DNA of 63,902 bases, counting the filler, from Pirum gemmata (taxonomy: Eukaryota): NCBI GenBank assembly GCA_002812295.1. It is 17 parts of 17 records of this genome, joined end to end, with 100 filler letters (N's around TTAATTAATTAA, not from the genome) between each part and the next. Parts side by side here need not be neighbours in the genome. Positions count along the whole stretch, not along the records: positions 24,727 to 28,169 come from PDIN01002590.1; positions 28,270 to 31,676 come from PDIN01002591.1; positions 31,777 to 35,187 come from PDIN01002592.1; positions 35,288 to 43,156 come from PDIN01002593.1; 13 more parts are not named here. One strand, 5' to 3'. A program made the translations under genes and the position numbers. Below the pieces are notes generated by a model. The model saw only the letters and a program-made list of their open reading frames with translations. It was not told the origin of the DNA and did no database searches. This document shows, in pieces, positions 25,824 through 39,631 of the stretch (within the stretch, counting starts at the first letter, position 1; each line of letters starts with the position of its first letter).

Positions 25824-28032
25824 ATATTACTATTACTATTACTATTAATATTACTTTTACTATCACTTTTACTATTACTATTACTATTACTATTACTATT
25901 ACTATTACTATTACTATTACTATTACCATCATTTTTACTATTACTATTGCTGGTACCTAAATTATTATTGTCAGCACTATCTTTGACAACGATACGGGAG
26001 CTAAGGCTACTTAAAGTGTTGGTGCTACCAGTTTGACCAGGTTGATAAAGATTGACCATGCTATTATTAGTTTGCGCTCGTTTATGCAAAGCATGTACAT
26101 TACTAAAACTATTACTCTTACTAAGACTCTGACAGTCACTTCCTAAGCTGAGATCACTTGCATTACTACGAAAACTTGCACTTTTACTTAAATTGTTATT
26201 CAAGGTCAAGTTAGAAGTACTACCATTCTCATTCTTGAGGGACAGATCAATTTGGCTTTGCCTCAACTTACTATTAAGTTTTTTGCCTTGAAATGGGTCT
26301 TTTACCATCACTGCTTGTACTACAATAAAAGTTTGGGTGAATTTAGTCTTGATCATATGGGGTGAAAAAGAAGTCTTGGAATTAATATCTTTGAAAACTA
26401 TAACACAACTATCGTTTCCAATGTGTCTCTTGACCCCCACCAACCGTTTATCCTTCAACTGTTCTTCATTCAAATTAGCAATAGATTTAGAACTACTATT
26501 GTTCTCTATTAGAGCTGAAGTAGATGCTGATTTATCAATCATTACTCGTTTGTTATCAGAATTACTCCCATGAATATTATTAAGTTCTAAACCAGCATAA
26601 CTGTTACTAGTTTTAGATTTGTTGGACAAAGAGGTTGGGTTTGAAGATTTACTGTTCACACTGCTTTCTTTTTTCTGATCTGATGCTGCTAAAGTTGTAA
26701 TTTCATCCGCCGCTGCCGCTGTAGTCGATGATGATGATGAAGCTGTTGTACCCTTTATTTCTTCAATACTTTTATTATTAGTATTATCTTTTATTTTCTC
26801 CGAATCGGCTTCCCCCATGGTATTTGACCGTCGTACGGGCGGAGTTAGCGCAGTAACATTGTCAGTGTCAAATTTTGCGTCATCAACACTTTTGTCCTTG
26901 CTGCTTTTATCTTTACTGCTTCTGCTAAATAAATCACCCATAGATTTTGACTGATTAAGAATTCGTTTCGTTATAGTAGTAGTAATTAAAGTCTGTATTG
27001 TCGTGGTGGTGGTAGTAGCAGTAGGAGAAGATGTCTGTTTCGATGTGGTAGAGGTTGTAGTGGTTCTCGTAGTCGTCGTAGAAGTAACAGTACTTGTAGA
27101 TATGGTAATGGTTGGTTCCAGTTTGGGATCTTTAGCTTTTTCGCCAAAACTAACATTTTTAATATCACCAGAAGAGAAACTTTTGGTTGCCATCGATGCT
27201 TCTTCTTCTGTTTCATTTTTGTTTTGATTTCCATTGGAATCTACAGCAGTCGTACTGTTGGGTTTTGTTGTCGATTTTGAATCTTCTTCATTTTTCGATG
27301 ACGTTGCTTCATCTATGTTTGTCCTTTTTGTTGATATTTCAATGGTGTTGTTGCTTATTTCATCTTTTTCTTCTTTTAGCTCTGGTGGCTGCTCTGTTTT
27401 TGCTTTTGTTTCTGTTTCTGTTTTTACTTCTGTTTCTGTTTTTGCTTTTGCTTTTGCTTTTGCTTTTGCTTTTGCTTTTACTGGTGAACCTTCTTCGGTT
27501 TCAACATCGTTAAACTCTGGGGTTACTTCCGGTATTGACGTTATATCACTTGTACTTTCGAAACTTTGGAGTGAATTAAGAGTTGAATTCGATTCGTTAT
27601 TATTATCAGGTAACTCCAAAGTATCTAGCCTATCTCTGGTACTGGGTGAAATAGTCGTTGACAGGCCATCATTATTATTATTATTATTATTAACCGTAGT
27701 TGTTGTGATGGTGATTGGTGAAGATTTGGTTTTTTTCAATTTAGAATTCGTATATTTCAAACTCCTATCCTGTGTAATGTCTTGTTCCTCAGGTGATTCA
27801 GTATTATCGTCGGTTTTTTTTATTGCATCCCCAGCACTTAGTAATTCTTTTTGTTTAGTAGTGTCAATGCTTTCTATATTGATGATTTTTTGAAAATTTC
27901 GAAATCCATTTTCAGTGGTAAGTAAAGGTTGTCGAAGCAAATCGGCAACGTGGTACATGATTTCCCCACCATCTTGAGTTTTACAATAAAGAGAATGTGT
28001 CCCAGTTTTGTTGTTTTTACTATCCAAGCCGC
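24776..28032 (-). CDS. Rap/Ran GTPase-activating (Rap_GAP domain) protein, terminal exon, with long low-complexity insertions
   Basis: RapGAP motifs in order: GGLD..KTGTHSLY...EIMYHVADLL; KRHIGNDSCVIVF (Asn-thumb HIGND); FSPHMIKTKFTQTFIVVQ; VHVCTRGHIPYFTPVL; KFVDFLKKKIVNA. Acceptor TTAG|GC at 28033/28032; the 5' exons are off-contig. Confidence 0.9.
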
Positions 28033-31000
28033 CTAATTGTGAATTGTATAATGCAAATGTCATAAATATAAAATTCCAATCAAACCAAAGCAATTTATAA
28101 CAAAATAAGCAACAACAACAATGATAATAATAACAATGACAACAACTAGAATAATAATAATAATAATAANNNNNNNNNNNNNNNNNNNNNNNNNNNNNNN
28201 NNNNNNNNNNNNNTTAATTAATTAANNNNNNNNNNNNNNNNNNNNNNNNNNNNNNNNNNNNNNNNNNNNTATACACTTATATCTTTGATTGATTTATTTA
28301 TATCTTTATTTATTTTGTTTTTATTTTCTTTTATTTTTATTTTGTTTATTGTTGATTTATTAATATTTATTTATTTATTTAGTTATGGGCATTATTTGTT
28401 TAGTTGTTTAATTATTTAGTCATCTATTTATCTACTTATTGTGTTAGTTCGTTATTCTCGTTATTCGTTTTTATCGTTTTAATCCGTCGTTCAGTACGCC
28501 TGTCCGAATAAGCGAGCTCCAAGTTTGTTTACCCCCCCCCCCCCCCCACCATATTCTGTTGGGTCATTTTATTTCATCGTCCAGTATGCCTGTTCGATTA
28601 AACCAGCCCCATTCTCATTCACTTTTTATCGCATTCTCCTCTGCACTCTTTCCTATCATTCCTCTACATTTATTCTTCTTCTCTTGACCATTTGACGTAT
28701 AAGTCTGTTAAAACTTAGTTATAATACAAAATTACTGGGTCAAACTTGAGGAGTTAACATCAGGACTATGCTTAAAGGTTCGTATTTGACAACCTTGTTG
28801 TTGTAGAGTATTCCATTAGGCTCATTGGGACAATCTCGCTTGGAGGGAGGGCATGATGTTATGGTTTCGCTAGCTAACCATAAGTTTATCTTGTTATGTT
28901 AGCTGTAGCTACTAATAGTAATAGTTATAGTAATAATGGCAATAGCTATAGTAATAACTTGTAACCTAAAACTAAGCTTTAGTTTAGTTTAGTATATTAA
29001 TAATAGTAATAGTAATTATAATTATAGTAATTATAATAGTAATAGTTATAGTAATATTAATAATATGTATCTTTATTATTTGTATAGTTATATATAATAT
29101 TATGTAGTTAAAGTATTAGTGCAAATCTCCTATAGACAGTCTAGAGTTCCCAGTTAGGATTAGTGCAAATCCCCTATAGACAGTCTAGAGTTCCCAGAGT
29201 GTTCCCAGTTAGGCTTTTCTTGCGTTTCTGGTTGGTTTGCACGTTATGAGGCCTTCTGATTGGCGATTCCCTTGAAGTTTTGTATTTTCTTTTTTTTAAT
29301 GAAATACTTTCTTTATTAGTATTTATATTGATCCTATTTTGGAGATAATGGTTTTATAAGGAACTTATCGCCTTATATTATTCTTCATTTCTCTGCTGAG
29401 TTCAAGTTGCAGTACTGTTGCACTGCTTGTTTTAGAGGCTTATGACTTTCGATTGGTTATTCATGACGTCGCCAGACTGTGGGTTTAGTTTTGAGTTACT
29501 ATTCAACTACTCATACTCGGTAATTATAACTATTATTACTTATATGATATGATATTGTTTATTTTGTAAAAGTGTAATAATAATTACTTTACGTCCACTT
29601 TTCCAAAAAAGTATATATAGTTGTTTGGATTAGTTTCATAACAAAGCTTTTCAGCTTTATTATTCTATTTTATGATTTAGATTTATTCTTTTATATTTTT
29701 AATATGAGTTTTGTATTTTTTATTAAACAACTCAATGTATAATTTTTATAACATAATTTATTTTATCGTACCCTTTATATAATTGTTTGTACAAAGTAGG
29801 CGACCCAATTCATGGTATATAAGACCTATTAGTCTAACAGTTGGTCAAACTTAATAAATAATGTTATTCCTTTTATAAATATATATATTATATTTCTATA
29901 TCATCATCATAATAGATTCTTGTGTCTTTGGAAACATGTTTGAGTTATTGTTTTACTACACTTAAGTTTTATTATTGATATTACTTATTAATCACACCTC
30001 GCACTAACTGTTATTATTATGATGTGGACTAATATTCTGATTTGTAACTTATAGTCTGTATCCAACAAACTAATGAGTACTTAGTTAGTTAATAATTTCT
30101 CAACATTAGTATTAGATCAAGAAACGTTAGACTCCCAGACCAAACTCTAACAGATATATATAAATATATATGTCTCTATGTAGTTATTGTTATTGTTATT
30201 ATTAGTAATAATAATAACGTTAACAATAATAATAAATTATTAATTATTAATAATAATGATTAATTTATAATATTAATAATTTTAATAAACAATAATATTT
30301 ATAAGTAACTCATTAATAATTAATAGTAATAGTAATAATTATAATAATAATTTTAGTAATTTTAATAATAATAATAATAATAATAATAATATTTAATAAT
30401 AATAATAATAATCATAATAATAATAATAGTAATTAATAATAATAATAATAATATTTGGTTATAATATAAGTTTGTTTGTTTTATAATAACAACGTAAAAT
30501 TGGAAAATGATAGAGAGGTGCAATATTTAGTTATTTAATTAAATACTTACGAATCAAATCGCAATATAGTTGAGGAACTGTTGAGATAATAATAAAAGAT
30601 AGTCCAAAAAGCATTAATTACTAAATCATAGTAATTTATTTATTCATTATTATTATTATTATTATATACATACTACTGTAAATTATGTCTCTCAGGTTAT
30701 TGTGATTCTTGGTTTGTGATGACTATCAGTATCATTATAGCACAAATATATAAAAAAGGAGATCAATGATGGTGAAAAACAATGTCAAAACTTGGAGAAA
30801 TAAGCATTATTAGAGAATGTCATATTTGGTTATTATTGCATGATATCATTGCTATAGGACCTATCAGCAGGTCCAGAACCAGTCCGCCATAATTATCTGT
30901 ATGTTGATTGGTTATTTATAAATTAAAAATATATATTTAGTATTTCTTTGCACTTTATTATTATTTTTTTTTATAAAAAAAATCATAGTCTATTTCGATA

Positions 31001-31776
31001 TATAATATAGGTAGTTGGACTGGCAAAATACATACTATGTAGCTTTCCCCCAGCAATGAGCAATGACATCTATGCCATAGCTAACTAGTAGCCTTTCAGC
31101 AAAGCCTTCATTTTTTTGTATTGCCCCTGCAAGCCAGTTGCCCCACAGTTATCCCTAGCCNNNNNNNNNNNNNNNNNNNNNNNNNNNNNNNNNNNNNNNN
31201 NNNNNNNNNNNNNNNNNNNNNNNNNNNNNNNNNNNNNNNNNNAAGGTCTAGCAGTGTTATAGCTGTTATAGTAATATGTTACTATGTCATTTATAGTATT
31301 TATATTTATCCCTAGGTACCCCCTGTAGTTATCCCTCTAGTTATCCCTTCTATTACTTTGGAGTACTTTGGTTAGACTGACTCGAACAGACTTGAACAGA
31401 CTGCCAACAGTTGACAGTTGTTCCATTTGTTGCCCCATTTGTGGTTCTGGGGCCACTGTGATTGCATATGCCTACGACTAACACGACTCATGGAGTTATT
31501 TTATTGGTTTCTTGTTAAAAAAAAGAAAAGTGAACTGTTAACAGCCAATAGTATATGATAATATAAGAGAGAAAATTGACCACTTTTTGAGTCGGAGTCT
31601 GAGTCAGTTGTTAGTAAGTTGTTCCTGGCACTTGTTCTACTCTAGCTAGTCTAGCCAGCCAGCCAATCCACCTGATNNNNNNNNNNNNNNNNNNNNNNNN
31701 NNNNNNNNNNNNNNNNNNNNTTAATTAATTAANNNNNNNNNNNNNNNNNNNNNNNNNNNNNNNNNNNNNNNNNNNN

Positions 31777-31862
<86 letters not shown>

Positions 31863-32012
31863 AAACCCCCAAAAAAAAAAAAAAAAAAAAAAAAAAAAAG
31901 CAAAAAACTAAAAACACAAACAAACTAAGCAAACAAACAAACAAACAAACAAACATAAAAACAGAGTTCAACTGTTACTTTTAAAAACAATAACTTTAAA
32001 AAAGTAATAATA

Positions 32013-33602
32013 ATGGTAATGATGCATAATGCATTGATTGCTTCGGCTGCTGTTTTCACTCTGTCTTCTATGGTAATTGTAAATAAACATATTAATATTA
32101 ATATTAAATTTTATCATTGTATTTTATATAGTAATACAGGTTTAGGGTTTAGGGTTAGGTTTAGGGTTTAGGGTTTAGGGTTTAGGGTTTAAAGGTCAGG
32201 GTTAGGATTAGTGTTAGTGTTAGTGTTAGTGTTAGTGTTAGGATTACGGTTAGGGTTAGAGTTATTATTATTATTATTATTTTATTATTTCATTATTTAT
32301 TATATATAATATTATACTAATTAATTAAAATATTTTAAAATAATATTATTAAAGGTTTCTGCTCTTGGAATTTCAAAAGCCAACCCAGTAGATATTGAGA
32401 AATATAGAAAATACAATAACCAAGGACATAATATTGCCGTAAATCATAACACTGGTTTCAGTTACAACGTGACTAACGACTGCAGTACTGGTACTGTTGA
32501 ATGCGGGGAAAATCAATACTGTCAAGTCAATTTTCGCGAAAATTGGTACCCTTACTCCATTAGTTATATTACTCGAGGACGTTGTGTAGAATATAAAAAA
32601 GAAGGAGAATCCTGCAAGCATGATTGGCAAGATGTTGAGGATGATCTGGTTGTTCACGGTTGGATGGCGGCCCCTTCTGCTTGTGGGAAAGGTTTAGCTT
32701 GTACTAAAGACAAATTGTATGCTCTGAAGAACACCTGTGTTCGAGTCAAAGACCCCAAAGACCCTTGTTTGTCGACTATGCCCCGTTGTGCTGGTCGAGA
32801 ACCCCCTCAGCTTAATGCTGAAGGAAACGATTTTTTATGGGAGGAGTGGGAAAATGATCATAAATGTCTAAACCCATATTGTGCAACAAGTGAAGATCCA
32901 GGTTATTCAAAAGAGGATTTAGAATATTGCGCTAGTATTTACATTAACGCGAATAATGGACCTAACTCTGGTCAATTATGGGTTGGTGAAGGCACTGAAG
33001 GTCATGATGCCATGCATACAGAAGCTGTTGGGAATGCTCATCCAGGTAAAGATAATCAGTATGATGTTATTAGAGTTGCTTTAGATAACAGTAACCCTAA
33101 ACTACATAGTAAAGTCAATCAATTTTTAGAACCAATCTGGCCATTTCCCGTTTGTAAAAATGAAAATGATGACACAACGAAATGTACTCAATTCCCTCTG
33201 AAAGCTAAAGAAAATGTTAAAAAGGTATCTACTTATCAATGCACTTGGGGTATGTTTCACACTTTGGCCAATAATGGCAACAGAATGTTAACCACAGAGC
33301 AAACCAAGGCTTTTCTAACGATGATTAAATTCACAGGGCGTAACATGTTTTGTACTATATGTCGCTCTAATCTTTTACATATGATTGAAGAGTTAGGACT
33401 CCCTGAAGGAATTACTAGGGATGTATATAGTAAATGGTTTTGGCAAGCTCATAATAATGCTAATGAACATTCTTACGCTACTCATTCTATTGCAGACAAA
33501 TTGGCGCCTAGAAATTCTGACTGGGCTAATCCTAATTATGAAAATCCATTTTGGCTTGAATATGAACATGTACCTAAAATGTGGAAAATGAAGGAAAACT
33601 AA
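32013..33602 (+). CDS. Secreted Cys-rich protein with C-terminal Erv1/ALR FAD-dependent sulfhydryl oxidase domain; exons 32013-32072, 32355-33602
   Basis: The signal exon MVMMHNALIASAAVFTLSSM|GT joins AAAG|VSALG in phase 0. Erv/ALR signature: TWGMFHTLA ... FCTIC ... WFWQAHNNAN. Confidence 0.88.
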
Positions 33603-34084
33603 AAATAATAATAATATATATGTTACTAAATAATAAAAATATAATGACCATTCTTTTGTAATTTTAATTAATATAATTTTTTATGTAATTTTAATTAATA
33701 TAAAAAATATCTCTACTAATACCAACTTTAAAATACTAATACTAATAGTAATTAATTATAATACAAATACTAATATTAATGCTGGTAATATATTAATTGT
33801 TACACCACCAATATCAATGTTTAATACAACATAGTAATACTAATACTAATACTAATGTGGAAAATAAAGGAAAACTAAAATTTGTAATGGGAAAAACTAA
33901 AAAATAATATTAATTAATGTTGTTCTTTTTTATACTAATATTAATACTAATACTAATACTAATACCGAATACTAATAATAATACTAATATTAATACTAAT
34001 ATTAATTAATACTAATATACTAATACTAATACTAATACTAATATACTGATACCAATATTAATAATATATTGATACAGAACCAAT

Positions 34085-34394
34085 ATACATAATAACACTA
34101 ATACTAATACTAAAACCATTCTTTTGTAATTTTAATTAATATATAATAATGATATTTAATAAATAAAATCAAAAGTATCTCTACTAATACCAATCTTAAT
34201 ACTACATATTATACATACTAATACTAATACTAATACTAATACTAATACTAATACTAATACTAATACTAATACTAAGTAGTATTAAGATTAGTATTAGTAG
34301 AGATACTTTTGATTTTATTTATTAAATATCATTATTATATTAATTAAAATTACAAAAGAATGGTTTTAGTACTAGTATTGGTGTTATTATGTAT
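34085..34394. repeat. ~120-bp-arm inverted repeat around an (ACTAAT)n loop
   Basis: 34085-34205 is the near-perfect reverse complement of 34276-34394. Confidence 0.88.
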
Positions 34395-34574
34395 AATATG
34401 TAGTATTAATATACTAATACTAATATTAATAATATACTTAATATTTAATACTATATATTATACATAAATACATAATAACACTAATACTAATACTAATGTG
34501 GAAAATGAAGGAAAACCAAAATGTAAAATTTAAATGTACAAAGGGAAAAAATAAAACAAAATGTTATTTTTTTG

Positions 34575-34736
34575 TAATTTTGGTTCCGAATAACAAATAG
34601 GTAGCACATGTTACTTACAACTTGCCCAATTGACATATGCTACCTATTTATTATTCGGAACCAAAATTATATCAAATTATGGATATAATTTTGGTTCCGA
34701 ATAACAAATAGGTAGCATATTATGTCAATTGGGCAA
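34575..34736. repeat. Alternating inverted triplication (A, A-inverted, A)
   Basis: TAATTTTGGTTCCGAATAACAAATAGGTAGCA, then its reverse complement, then forward again. Confidence 0.88.
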
Positions 34737-37700
34737 ACCATTTTTTTGTAATATTAATTAACATAATAACGGTACTTAATAATAAATAAATAAAATAAAA
34801 AATATCTCTACTAATACAAATATTAATACTACATAATATTATACATCTTAGCTTGAATATGAACATGTAGACACGGAACAACATAATAGAATCAAACAGC
34901 TCGATCCTAATTATTAAATAGCGACAATTTTTAAATGATATTCCTTTTTTCGAGTTTCAAGTTTTTTCTATGAAATTTTTATGAAATCAAAAGTGAGTCA
35001 ATATTTAAAATTAGATTGAAAAATTTCGAAAATTTCGAACTAGTTTCGATTCGATGGGATTAAAAAGTGAGTCCATACTTGAAATTAGATCGAACAATTT
35101 CGAAAATTTCGAACTAGTTCCGATTCGATGGGGTTTCCCGTACCAGGCAATGTCCTCAAAATGTAGAAAGAAAAACTAAAAAAATGTNNNNNNNNNNNNN
35201 NNNNNNNNNNNNNNNNNNNNNNNNNNNNNNNTTAATTAATTAANNNNNNNNNNNNNNNNNNNNNNNNNNNNNNNNNNNNNNNNNNNNCTACTCTCAGATA
35301 GATCCGGTATCACAATAAAATTATCGAGATATGATATTTTTGATCAAGCGAAGTGATATGCGTATAAATAATTCAGACTAACTAACTGTTTTTTTTTTTT
35401 TTTTTTAAACAGCGAAGCCGGATAGACTGTAGAAATCATTTTTTTTATACTTCTTTTAATCTTTAATTATAACTAGCCAAATAAATATTTAAAACTAGTC
35501 ATTGGCTCATAATAGAGTTTTTTTAGTTAAAATATTCCACAATATTTGGTAGTACTTTTATTAAAATTGGACTATTTTGAGATTTTGGATTTTTTTTAAA
35601 AGCTCATATGGCGGATGTCGCCTCTTTCTGTCGCCTTTTTTATCTACTAGCTAGCTAGTCTAAAGACTCTATACTGTTGAAAACCTAGTAGCTAGCTAGC
35701 TAGCTAGCTTGTATGATAGCTATATGATAGCAGTATCACTGGAGTATCACAGACTATCATATCAGCTAGGACTAGACTATCAGTTCTATCAGTACTGAGA
35801 CTATCAGTTTTTAATAATTAAAATAATAATAGAAAATATACAATAAATAGTGCCAAATTAATACAATATAAATCCATTCATTTAATTTTGTTCTAGTTAA
35901 TTTGTTATATTTTATTATATATTTATTTATTTTTAAAAGTATCAATTTAAATATTATAAACAACCAAATAAATATTCGGATTTCGGGAGTGAAAAAATAT
36001 TTTTAAAAAAAAAAAATGAAAAGCACAAGAAAGATAGATCCTCACAAGATCAAGTGAGAAAGATCAAAAAGGACAGATTCGTTCTTTTCCAATCCTCTTT
36101 TTTCGTGAAAGCACGAACAGTCTCTTTGGTTTCTGCAGTGAGTCTACAGTGTGAGTGTGTGCAGACTGCAGTGACTCTGCACCGACTCTGCAGACTGCAG
36201 TTCTACTACTATCCAGATACTACTAGCTAGCAGAGCCTGTAGAGCCTATGATACTAGCTAGAGGTATGATAGCGAACAGTGAAATGTATCATAATTATTC
36301 CTTATTAGAGTAAGGGTTAGGCTGATTGCATGATTATGCATCGATATCTGTGTTGTGTTTGTATGATTGTATCAAGATTCAATACTATGAAATACAGTTT
36401 CAAATACTATGAAATAGTATGAATCTCTATAATTACTATCCCATTTAATACTATAGATAGATCAATCTACTATGATAGAATAAAAACTTGTTCAAAATAA
36501 TTTCAAATTTTATTCTGAGAAATTTTATTACTTCTCTTTTTGTAAACATTGCGATGATAATCCATAGTTAAAATCCATATACCGGTACAAGAAATCAGTA
36601 CAAGAAATTATACTGAGAGCTAGAGTCTAGCTAGTAGTAGCTACTAGTAGCTAGAGACTACCTCACACTCTGTAACCTCAGTACTATCAGATAGTATGAA
36701 CGGTATGATTAGTGTTTGAACTTTGATATCGATTATTTTTCCTTCGATGTTTTGATCACAACTATCGATAATTTAACCCTATTACCCTAACCCTAACCCT
36801 AACCCTACTATGTATGAATCACACAGTAATCTAGTACCAATAGTACTAGTGTACCAATATAGTAGTAGAGACTGCCAGCAATAATGTGGATTAAAGTAAT
36901 ACTCCAACAGTATAATATAATATTATAGCTGACAATCTGTAATAATTTATTTATAAGGATATCAATAATTGTTATATAAATAATATAATTATATATTATC
37001 ATAATACACCATTATGATGTATTAATATAATATTATTTTATAATATAATTATATATTATTACTACTACTGTTACTACTACTACTACTACTACTACTATTA
37101 CTACTATTACTACTACTATTACTACAACTATTACTATTACTATTACTATTACTATTACTATTACTACTATTACTATTAATACTACTATTGCTACTACTAT
37201 TACTATTACTATTACTACTACTATTAATTAATATTACTACTACCATTACTAGCAAAAAAACGGTTATTTTCGCGAGCTGGCTAGTATTAGATCCCCATCG
37301 ATAATGAATATTACGTAGCTATTACGTGAAACATAATGAATGATATTTTAAATAATTATTATATAATATTATTAATTTTTTATAAATAAATGAGCCATAT
37401 ATGAGCCACTTCAAAAAGAAAAGAAAAAAATATCGTATCGAAGTTTAACATAATATGTGCCATTTTTAAAAACCATATATATATTGATGATACATTGATT
37501 AGTATAAAGGATCACATAATTGAACCAGTGTTTAAAAAGCTTAAGGAGGACTTTTGGAAGGGTTAGGGTTAGGGTTAGGGTTAGGGTTAGGGTTATATAA
37601 TTATTTTTTTATTTTATAATTTTAAAAGCTCTCAGGGAAAAAAGTGGGAAAAAAGACTGAAAAAAGACTGGGAAAAGCTAGAAAAAGCAGCTGTAGAAAT

Positions 37701-38136
37701 CTATATAATTATTATATAAATATTTATGATAAATAATTACTATAATAATTATAACAATAATAATATTATGTTATACGAGTGTTATACGGTTATACCATTT
37801 GAGTTACCAATTTGGTTAACTACCATACAAAAGTAAAGTATGATTTAAAATATTTATTATCTATAAAAGGTTTTTAAAAAATAATTAAAAGGTTTTTTTT
37901 AAAAAAAAATAATTAAAAGGTATATGAGTCAATAATAAATAATAATAATAATAATAATAAAATAATAATAATAATATNNNNNNNNNNNNNNNNNNNNNNN
38001 NNNNNNNNNNNNNNNNNNNNNNNNNNNNNNNNNNNNNNNNNNNNNNNNNNNNNNNNNNNNNNNNNNNNNNNNNNNNNNNNNNNNNNNNNNNNNNNNNNNN
38101 NNNNNNNNNNNNNNNNNNNNNNNNNNNNNNNNNNNN

Positions 38137-38178
<42 letters not shown>

Positions 38179-38457
38179 TGTGGTGTAGATTAGTTTTCAT
38201 ACTCTACATAATAGCTATAGTTAACTACTCTAGTTATCTCTCGATCTCCAACTATATATTACTAGGGAGACTATAATATCATAATGTTTATGAATTATTC
38301 TGTTATAGATGTTAATTGTCAGAGTCATAGTCATACCTTAAATGCATTGTGACAACTTTGTGATAAAGTAGTCTTTGTTTTCTTTTTGATTAATTGCAAT
38401 ATAATATTATATCAGTGTATATATACCTTTTAATTTCTTACAACAATTAGAATTAGT

Positions 38458-39631
38458 CTATACAGAAAGAATTGCATAAACTGGGTGATGATCAGCGCCA
38501 CCTACCATTTTTTGGCCAATAATACCATCTCCAGTAGAACCGCCACCAATACGTGTAATTCCCTTTTCTGCAAAGATGATGTCGATGGCACTGCCGCCCT
38601 CATGCCAAGAATAAGGCGCTTGTGAAACATCATTATATTGAGAACGAGCCCCGTTTAGTACTGCGTCATTGGATTGCATGTTCATATCCCCCATCCATAT
38701 AGCTTTATAGCCAGGATTTTGTTCTTTCAATGTATTGAACTGGTTAATCAGTTGATCCACTTCGCACTTTTGAACATTGTAATTTCCTCCTCGAAAATAA
38801 CTCAAGTGTATACCCCCAGCAATGATATTAGGAGACCCATTTTTACCGTGTAGTACTACCCAGTTTACTGCTCGGTTTCCCCCAACAGAACCACAACGGT
38901 TGACGACAACTCTACCACCAGAACTCGCAGTCCATTTTTCCTTATTATACCAGATATCTGTACCGTAACCCTGAAAACCATTAGCACCAGGCTGTAATTT
39001 ATATTTTCCGCCAGACTGTGCAGTTATTTGGCCTGCTAACTGTGAGCTCTTAGTAGACTCACAAATGCCAATTATATCATACGGTGCTTTTTTACTGTCA
39101 TGAACCATCATTTTTGCAACCCCATTTAAATCATAATTTTGATACCAAATATTCCAATTAACTACTTTGATTGTGCTACTATTACCAGTTGGTGGGTAAT
39201 CATCATCATCATCATCACCCGCTGGTACCGCTCGGCAAATCATTTGTTCAACGTTTGCTGGATTATTAATCATTTTGAAACCATCGCAACTGTATCAAAA
39301 GAGGAGAGGGGGTTCATTAGTATATTATTATTATTATACATAATAAAATATTTACAAATAATAATAAATAAGGGAAAAGGCATTACAAACAATAAACTTA
39401 TTCATTGTGATAACATTAAATTTCAAAAATATAAAAAGAGTGAAAATATAACACTTTCATAATTATGATGAATGTAAGCTAAAAATTACAAAAAAAATAC
39501 CAATTGCCATTTCTTCCGATGGGATAGTAAGCATCTTCGTCATTTTTTCCGCATGGAACAGCAGTTGCTACCGGGCTACTACTAGAGAGTGGCACTAAGG
39601 CTACGAAAAGAGCAAATATACAAGAATGCAT
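38458..39631 (-). CDS. Secreted endonuclease/exonuclease/phosphatase (EEP)-family protein; exons 39501-39631, 38458-39289
   Basis: Signal peptide MHSCIFALFVALVPLSSS; a phase-2 GT-AG join gives GRNGNC/CDGFKM. EEP motifs: VVNWNI, DIIGICE, WMGDMN, IDIIF, ADHHPV. Confidence 0.9.

Noticed and set aside
25254..27893. Long plus-strand poly-Leu/Val ORFs
   Set aside because: Antisense shadows of low-complexity RapGAP codons
28490..29520. GC-richer patches that might be decayed retroelement coding sequence
   Set aside because: No recognisable RT, RNase H or integrase motif or sustained frame could be read
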